Below, piece by piece: positions 57,967 through 64,000 of a DNA stretch of 64,000 nucleotides. The position numbers and the translations under genes were made by a program. This DNA is from an uncultured bacterium (GTDB lineage: Bacteria; Acidobacteriota; HRBIN11; JAKEFK01). Each line of letters opens with the position of its first letter. Position 1 is the stretch's first letter. The DNA lies in the NCBI GenBank assembly GCA_963777505.1, contig CAVZQN010000004.1, positions 800,001-864,000 of the forward strand, read 5' to 3'. Under the pieces are notes generated by a model. The model was not told the DNA's origin. It worked only from the letters and a program-made list of their open reading frames with translations, and did not search any database.

Positions 57967-59283
57967 ATGTCACCTATGGAACAATATGTAATCGGCATTG
58001 ATGTTGGTGGTACAAACATAAAAGCGGGTGCGGTTGATTATCAGGGCAATATCATCGCAAGCTTGCGTGTGCTGAGTGAAGCATCATCCGGACCAGAAGC
58101 AATTTTATCGAAACTGGAGTCAATTGTTCGCGACCTCCAGTTGAAAGTAAAAGATCGAACCCTCGCAGCAATCGGATTTGGCATCCCGGGAGCCATTCAT
58201 TCGATTGAAGGGATCGTCACTCAAGCACCGAACTTTCCTGCATTAAATGGAATGCCGATCGGAAAATTATTAAGTGAGCGGATTCACAAGCCGTGTTTCA
58301 TTGAAAATGATGCTAATGCAATTGCATTTGGCGAAATGTGGGTTGGAGCAGGACGCGGCTTTTCTCATATTTTGTGTTTGATTCTTGGAACTGGAGTCGG
58401 CGGCGGAGTGATTATCAATGGTGAATTGCTTCGCGGCGCTGATGGCATGGCCGGAGAATTGGGGCATGTTGCCGTTGATATGGATGGTGCTCAATGCAAT
58501 TGTGGAAGTTTCGGATGTCTGGAGACATTAGCCTCTGCTACTGGAATTCTGCGAATGTATCGCGAACAAATCGCAAAACATCCTGAATCTTCACTGAAGT
58601 CATTTTCAGAAATGACACCCGCCCTTATTTTTGCTGAAGCCACAAAGGGCGACGAATTTGCTCGTTCTTTATTTAAACAAGCCGGACACGGATTGGGCGT
58701 TGGTATGGCTTCTTTCATTAACATCTTCAATCCGGAAGTTCTGATTATTGGCGGCGGAGTTGCAGCAGCATGGGAATTTCTGGTTCCTCCCGCAATTGAC
58801 ACAATGAAAAGTCGTGCATTTAAAGCTCCAGCTGAACGAGTAAAAATTGTACGCGCTGAAAAAGAGAATGAAGCTGGAATTCATGGATGTGCTTACCTTG
58901 CATGGGACGAATTGCGCCGCGGTAATTCGATTCGTAGGGCAGGAGAACACCGCATCGCTCCATGGGGATTCTGGGAAGTTCTTGAAGAAGCGAAAGACTA
59001 CAAAGTAAAACGGATTTTTGTCCATCCCGGCCATCGCCTCAGCTATCAAAAGCATCAACAACGCGAAGAAACATGGATGGTTGTAACCGGTACCGCCGGC
59101 GTTGTATTAGATGGCAAAGAATTGACATTAGAAGCTGGCCAAACCCTTCATATTAAAAAAACGCAATGCCATCGTGTATCCAATCCAGGTCAGAGTCCGC
59201 TGATTTTTATCGAAGTTCAGTGCGGGACCTACTTCGGTGAAGATGATATCGTGCGACTGGAAGACGACTACAAGCGAAGTTGA
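57967..59283 (+). CDS. ROK-family sugar kinase fused to type II phosphomannose-isomerase C-terminal cupin
   Basis: IGIDVGGT, ENDAN, GELGH, CNCGSFGCLE; then PWG, RLSYQKH..REE.W, IEVQCG.YFGEDDIVRLEDDY.R. Confidence 0.88.
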   Translation: MSPMEQYVIGIDVGGTNIKAGAVDYQGNIIASLRVLSEASSGPEAILSKLESIVRDLQLKVKDRTLAAIGFGIPGAIHSIEGIVTQAPNFPALNGMPIGKLLSERIHKPCFIENDANAIAFGEMWVGAGRGFSHILCLILGTGVGGGVIINGELLRGADGMAGELGHVAVDMDGAQCNCGSFGCLETLASATGILRMYREQIAKHPESSLKSFSEMTPALIFAEATKGDEFARSLFKQAGHGLGVGMASFINIFNPEVLIIGGGVAAAWEFLVPPAIDTMKSRAFKAPAERVKIVRAEKENEAGIHGCAYLAWDELRRGNSIRRAGEHRIAPWGFWEVLEEAKDYKVKRIFVHPGHRLSYQKHQQREETWMVVTGTAGVVLDGKELTLEAGQTLHIKKTQCHRVSNPGQSPLIFIEVQCGTYFGEDDIVRLEDDYKRS

Positions 59284-59384
59284 TACAGTCGTTTTCTCAG
59301 GAACCTTGTGGCGGCTTTCTACGTAAAATATTTCAGCAAATGCAGGGGAGCAGGGGAGCGGAGGAGCAGGGGAGCGGAGGAGAA

Positions 59385-60537
59385 ATGAAAATAATCCATT
59401 GGCTCGCCATTTTTGTTTCATTCATTTTCGTTAATGGTGTGTCGGCTCTTGAGCTAAAGTTTTACCCTTCTGATCAGTTGTTTCTAAATGAAGCTGAAGC
59501 CCGGCGGCAAACATACGATGTGATTGCCCATCTTCTTGTTGTAAAAAATGACTCCAACGAGCCAATTACGTTAACCAACGTAGACTTGCAAATCAAAAAA
59601 GATAATTCAGTAATCCAGGAAGTTCATTTGGATCTGGCTAACTTAATCGCTTCAACAAAGCAAATCGTTGGAATGAAAGAGCAAGGCATGCAAATTATGG
59701 CCGATATCATTTTGCCTGATAAAGCGCTGGGGAAAAATGGCAAATTGGGATCTTCTGCTGAATTAAAACCAGGCGAAGCTTTAATCGCACAGAATATGTA
59801 CATCACCTTGCAAAGAATCCCCGATGTCATGCAAGCAAAAGCCACAGCGAAAAGTACTTCCAACAGTCCGGTGGAAGGTTCAACGGAGATCAAGATCGTT
59901 CAATACAAGTCGCCAAACAAATATATTTTTCCACTTGAAGGTGTTTGGTACATGCAGGCGGTTCCAAATGTTACAAGCCATCATCGCTGGATGTCGCAAA
60001 CAGAATTTGGAATCGATTTTTTGAAGCTTGATGAAAAGGGTTCGCAATATAAAACGGATGGAAAATCAGCAGGTGATTTTTATGCTTTTGGCCAACCAGT
60101 CCTTGCAGCAGCAGATGGCGTTGTTGTGATGGCCATTAACGATGCTGTGCAAAACTGGGATGCATGGATTCCACGCGAAGGCGAATCAGATGAAGCTTTT
60201 TCGGAACGTGCAGAAAAATTTCAATTGGAATCGATGAAAAAGGATTTGTATCGCACTGTCACCGGTAACCTTGTGGCGATCGAACATCCTGGCGGTGAAT
60301 ATTCCGCCTATGCTCACTTAAAAACGGGAAGTGTCCGCGTCAAAGTTGGCGACCGTGTAAAACAAGGCCAGCAAATCGCAGAGGTAGGCGATACGGGTGA
60401 CTACTATATGGCGCATCTGCATTTTCAGATCAGTAATAGCACAGATCTTTTGAGACGCAAGAAGCTTGCCTTTCGAATTCGTCAACTTAAGAAGAGGCCT
60501 TGAGCTTGGCCACTTTGCCCGAATCAAAAAACAATAG
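59385..60537 (+). CDS. Secreted M23 family metallopeptidase; probable frameshift at ~60453 (as written ends 60503)
   Basis: HH...FGID, YAHLK, VGDTG, HLHFQ; alternate frame continues DARSLPFEF... to TAG 60535-37. Confidence 0.82.
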
Positions 60538-60554
60538 CTTTGTGTCTTTGCGGT

Positions 60555-62351
60555 TCAGGTTTGGCTCCAGCTGCGCGGGAAATAGCCAAGATTTTGTGCG
60601 AGTGAAGAAGGTACACAAAAATACGTCATTGAAATCGGCGGATTATATCCACCATGTTTTGGGAATGGGTAGATTGTTCGAGTGTGGACCGAATACTTAG
60701 AAAGCACCGCAAAACCGCCGAGAGCTGCACAGATTTTCCAGCTATGTCTTCCATAGTGATCAGTGCCAAATACAGGACGCAATCCTTGTCCGGATAATTC
60801 ATGTACATATCGAAAACCGGCATGGTACGTGTTCCACCCTGTATGCATAAGATCATAATCATTCAGCGCGGATTCTTCAGTGAAGATGACGACGATTCCT
60901 GCCGCACAATACTTTCGGAAGACTTCCACAATTTTTTGATTTGTCTGGCTCCGAACTTCATGAAAGCCGTTACCGACAAACATCACTGCGCTTTCTGTTG
61001 AATGTCCGGAAGTTCGAACAGCATCAATCACGATATCTGGATTTGCTATATCCGCTTTTCGGATAAAGATCATATTTTTAGGGAGGATGTTTTTGCGTTG
61101 TAAATCTTCAGCCTTATCGATTGCCGCATCTTCCAGATCCGCGCCAAAGTACTGAATATTTTGTTCACCGCTGCGATCAAGCCGCTGTCGTGTTGCTTCT
61201 CCCTGACCTAATGCGTGTTCAATAAACACGGAACATTGCAAATTGTGATCTTTGCAGAAACGATCATATGTATCATTTGCCATTTCAAAAGTTTTGCGAT
61301 TTGCATCCTGGCTTGCTGCAATATTTTTTCCGCGCTGAACCCATGTCTTTGTTGCTTTACCGGAGAGTCGATCCGCCAGCACTTGCATATACGGTACATA
61401 GGCATGAATAATTCCGAAAGGTCCTGGTCCGCGCTGAATTACTCGCGCTCCAAGCGCCGTTAGCTTTCCTTTCGATTGAATGATTCCAGCATTGACCAAC
61501 AATGTTTTCATTTCTGGAGTTATCTTTGGAAGCGCTTGAAAGACATTCGAGCCTTCATCCATTCCCTTCAGCGCCTTCGTTGCATGCAAACTTAAAATCA
61601 AAGGCACGAGCCGGTAACTTGTTTCTAATTCAAATCGAGAGGCAACCCATCCCGTAGTTTTGCCTTGCGGAACAGAGTATTTAAGAAAAGAGGAAACAAG
61701 GTCCAGCGTTTCGGAAGTGATCTTTCCGCCGGACAATATTTCCAGCATGGGTTCAACCATGTCGCGTAAAAATTCTGGAGGAATTGGAATCGTGTTTCGA
61801 AAAACATCATGAGCCTGAGGAATGTCTGCGATGTGATAGGTCTTCCGCTTTGCAATCAAATAGCCGCGGCAATGAAAAAGTGAAAGATCCCAGCTAAGCT
61901 GGTTTTGATCCAACATCATTTTGTTTGAAAGTTTTTCTGGATCAATCCGTTTTTCATCTGCGATTACTTTTGTAAGACCGAATTGACTGTGGGCAGAAAG
62001 TACATGTTTCAAGATCCAGAGATCAGACGGTGCACACACCGCGGCGCTATAAACAATCGTGCGTAACACACGCACTGCACTGAGAAAGGAATCCTGTTCA
62101 CTTTTGGAGAAGCCTTTTGCTTGCTCCATTTTCTTTTCAGCATTTTTGAGCCAGGTCAGCAGCGCATTGCCATGTGTAAATAAATGAGGGACATGTTGCA
62201 GAAATAATTTGAAAGATCGTTCTGAAATGTAAGGAAAACCTGTGCTGCTTAAGCTTGTGCGTCCGGTAAGAATCCGAACCAGGTAACTTCTGCGCGGATG
62301 GGGCAAATCAACCAAAAGCTTGCCGGCTCGTCGTAAAATAGGGCTACTCAT
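60555..62351 (-). CDS. Uncharacterised 598-aa protein with probable class I SAM-methyltransferase-like C-terminal domain
   Basis: IEHALGQG, YFGAD, ADI, MFVGNGFHE, VVIFTE in Rossmann order; helix-turn-helix-like segments N-terminally. Confidence 0.5.
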   Translation of the reverse strand: MSSPILRRAGKLLVDLPHPRRSYLVRILTGRTSLSSTGFPYISERSFKLFLQHVPHLFTHGNALLTWLKNAEKKMEQAKGFSKSEQDSFLSAVRVLRTIVYSAAVCAPSDLWILKHVLSAHSQFGLTKVIADEKRIDPEKLSNKMMLDQNQLSWDLSLFHCRGYLIAKRKTYHIADIPQAHDVFRNTIPIPPEFLRDMVEPMLEILSGGKITSETLDLVSSFLKYSVPQGKTTGWVASRFELETSYRLVPLILSLHATKALKGMDEGSNVFQALPKITPEMKTLLVNAGIIQSKGKLTALGARVIQRGPGPFGIIHAYVPYMQVLADRLSGKATKTWVQRGKNIAASQDANRKTFEMANDTYDRFCKDHNLQCSVFIEHALGQGEATRQRLDRSGEQNIQYFGADLEDAAIDKAEDLQRKNILPKNMIFIRKADIANPDIVIDAVRTSGHSTESAVMFVGNGFHEVRSQTNQKIVEVFRKYCAAGIVVIFTEESALNDYDLMHTGWNTYHAGFRYVHELSGQGLRPVFGTDHYGRHSWKICAALGGFAVLSKYSVHTRTIYPFPKHGGYNPPISMTYFCVPSSLAQNLGYFPRSWSQT

Positions 62352-62363
62352 GATTTTATCAGC

Positions 62364-62400
62364 GTTTCACATTGTGAAACATCGTTTCAAAATCTGGAAT
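62364..62400. promoter_or_regulatory. Palindromic operator candidate with a degenerate tandem copy
   Basis: GTTTCAC-ATT-GTGAAAC (62364-80) and GTTTCAAAATCTGGAAT (62384-400), 13 nt upstream of ATG 62351. Confidence 0.55.
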
Positions 62401-62441
62401 TATTATTTTATCACACTGGTAGCGGGAAGTAATGGATGGAA

Positions 62442-62466
62442 GTAGGGGCGGGTCTAGGACCCGCCC
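62442..62466. repeat. REP-like single unit, family A
   Basis: GTAGGGGCGGGTCTAGGACCCGCCC just 3' of recA. Confidence 0.8.
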
Positions 62467-62475
62467 GGAGAAATT

Positions 62476-63504
62476 CTATGCGGTTGCAGCAGCTTTCGCT
62501 TCTTCTTTTGTCAGGTTCAGTTTCAAGCGAACCTGATCTTCAACTTCTTTTGAAATATCAGAATTATCCCGCAGGAATTTTTTTACATTTTCACGGCCCT
62601 GGCCCAGCCGGGTGTCTTTAAACGAGAACCATGCGCCACTTTTTTCAATGACAGCATGGATTGTTCCGAGATCGAGTAAATCGCCTTCACGCGAAATTCC
62701 TTCGCCATAAATAATGTCAAATTCAGCAATCTTAAAGGGAGGCGCAAGTTTGTTTTTAACAACTTTTACTTTTGTGCGATTTCCCACTGTTTGATCACCT
62801 TCTTTAATCGGCATTTCACGGCGAATTTCCATGCGTACGCTTGAATAAAACTTGAGAGCGCGTCCGCCTGTTGTGACTTCATTGCTTCCAAACATCACAC
62901 CGATTTTTTCGCGAATCTGATTGATGAAAAGCAGACATGTTGCAGATCGAGATACAATTCCTGTCAATTTGCGCATTGCCTGTGACATCAATCGAGCCTG
63001 CAAGCCCATATGTGAATCACCCATTTCACCTTCGAGTTCCGCTTTCGGTACCAGAGCAGCAACTGAATCAATTACAACAAGATCAATTGCTCCACTGCGG
63101 ATTAACATTTCTGCGATTTCAAGCGCTTGTTCTCCGCTGTCCGGTTGCGAAACCAAAAGATTATCGATGTTCACCCCCAGTTTGCGCGCATATTCCGGAT
63201 CTAATGCATGTTCTGCATCAATAAATGCAGCCATCCCTCCGGCTTTTTGCGCTTCGGCGATTATATGCAAAGCAAGAGTCGTCTTGCCAGAAGACTCCGG
63301 CCCAAAAATCTCCACTACACGTCCACGTGGCACACCGCCGATACCCAGAGCCGCATCGATTGAAAGAGCACCAGTTGAGATTGTCGGAATCGAGATCGCT
63401 TCCTTGTCACCAAGTCGCATGATCGAACCTTTTCCGAACTGTTTCTCAATCTGGAGTAGTGCAACTTCAATCGCTTTGCTCTTATCGTTTCTTACTTCAG
63501 CCAT
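62476..63504 (-). CDS. recA: Recombinase RecA
   Basis: [30 protein letters not shown]. Confidence 0.99.
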   Translation of the reverse strand: MAEVRNDKSKAIEVALLQIEKQFGKGSIMRLGDKEAISIPTISTGALSIDAALGIGGVPRGRVVEIFGPESSGKTTLALHIIAEAQKAGGMAAFIDAEHALDPEYARKLGVNIDNLLVSQPDSGEQALEIAEMLIRSGAIDLVVIDSVAALVPKAELEGEMGDSHMGLQARLMSQAMRKLTGIVSRSATCLLFINQIREKIGVMFGSNEVTTGGRALKFYSSVRMEIRREMPIKEGDQTVGNRTKVKVVKNKLAPPFKIAEFDIIYGEGISREGDLLDLGTIHAVIEKSGAWFSFKDTRLGQGRENVKKFLRDNSDISKEVEDQVRLKLNLTKEEAKAAATA

Positions 63505-63655
63505 TTTGATGCAGCTCTCCTTTTTTGAATTTTATGTAATCTTATTGTATCTCTTTCAAAGACGCAAAGGCGGGATGCGGGATGCGCGGTGCGCGATTAG
63601 CTCAACCGCCAGACGCCGAGACGCCAGGTTAAGAATTTGTGTCTTTGCGGTTCAG

Positions 63656-64000
63656 TTATTGCTTTTCTAAATCCAGTGTCTCTACCGGCAAATCCCAATG
63701 CGCCAAAAGTATCTCAAAGCGTCGCTGTTCTTCTTTCTTGAATGTTTCTTGATCAGGGTAAAGCGGCTTGGTGATTGTTTCCGGATCAAAATCATCATGT
63801 GCAATCGTGGAATTTTTCCAAACAATTGTTACACGATAATCCCAGCGTCCATCTTCCGTAAAATGATAAACAGGTGTCGATGCCGTTACCTGCAAAATGC
63901 GCCCCATCTCAATTTCTTTCTTTAAAACGGGGTAGTGATTTTTCTTAAACAAACGGATGAATTCGTTCTGAAATCCCCAACGTGCTTTGTAATAATACTC
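63656..64000 (-). CDS. Conserved hypothetical protein, 5' end outside the window
   Basis: Frame open to the edge: EYYYKARWGFQNEFIRLFKKNHYP...RWDYRVTI...EEQRRFEILLAHWD. Confidence 0.7.
   Translation of the reverse strand, partial: EYYYKARWGFQNEFIRLFKKNHYPVLKKEIEMGRILQVTASTPVYHFTEDGRWDYRVTIVWKNSTIAHDDFDPETITKPLYPDQETFKKEEQRRFEILLAHWDLPVETLDLEKQ

Noticed and set aside
62364-62380. parS site
   Set aside because: Arms match GTTTCAC/GTGAAAC but carry a 3-nt central insertion, incompatible with the 16-bp parS; kept as an operator candidate
11396-62466. Repeats as a possible CRISPR array
   Set aside because: Copies are dispersed or inverted pairs, not direct repeats with regular spacers; no cas genes
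63505-63655. LexA box upstream of recA
   Set aside because: No CTGT-N8-ACAG, GAAC-N4-GTTC or GTTC-N7-GTTC pattern found by eye
1-64000. tRNA, rRNA, riboswitch or T-box elements
   Set aside because: None recognisable by eye in the intergenic gaps; an Infernal/Rfam scan would be needed to exclude them

Overview
Bacterial chromosomal window, gene-dense, moderately AT-rich. Gene content (leuS-lptE-holA-rpsT, DUF507 pair, DUF374, PilT, large TPR proteins, Thr-type sulfatase-like protein) suggests an Acidobacteriota-like diderm; this is inference, not a classification. Housekeeping blocks (leuS/holA/rpsT, metG, pabBC, leuB, hisN, biotin-dependent carboxylase, transaldolase, degP, recA) are interleaved with a MarR-linked tryptophan/anthranilate catabolic operon, a divergent subtilase / TPR-CHAT protease pair and a same-strand accessory run (32.6-39.1 kb). 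Three real genes are absent from the ORF track: a TIR/beta-barrel protein running off the left edge, a 56-aa protein at 29010 and a 59-aa membrane protein at 46023. The most striking unexplained structure is a tandemly duplicated module at 28.96-29.64 kb: a small basic protein plus a conserved, covarying 3' RNA with an anti-Shine-Dalgarno-like loop, one copy behind a sigma54-type promoter and the other behind an ECF-type promoter. Intergenic DNA carries several REP-like families and one MITE with a target-site duplication. Several apparent frameshifts or fusions sit at short homopolymers, suggesting indel errors in the sequence. No rRNA, tRNA or CRISPR array was seen.
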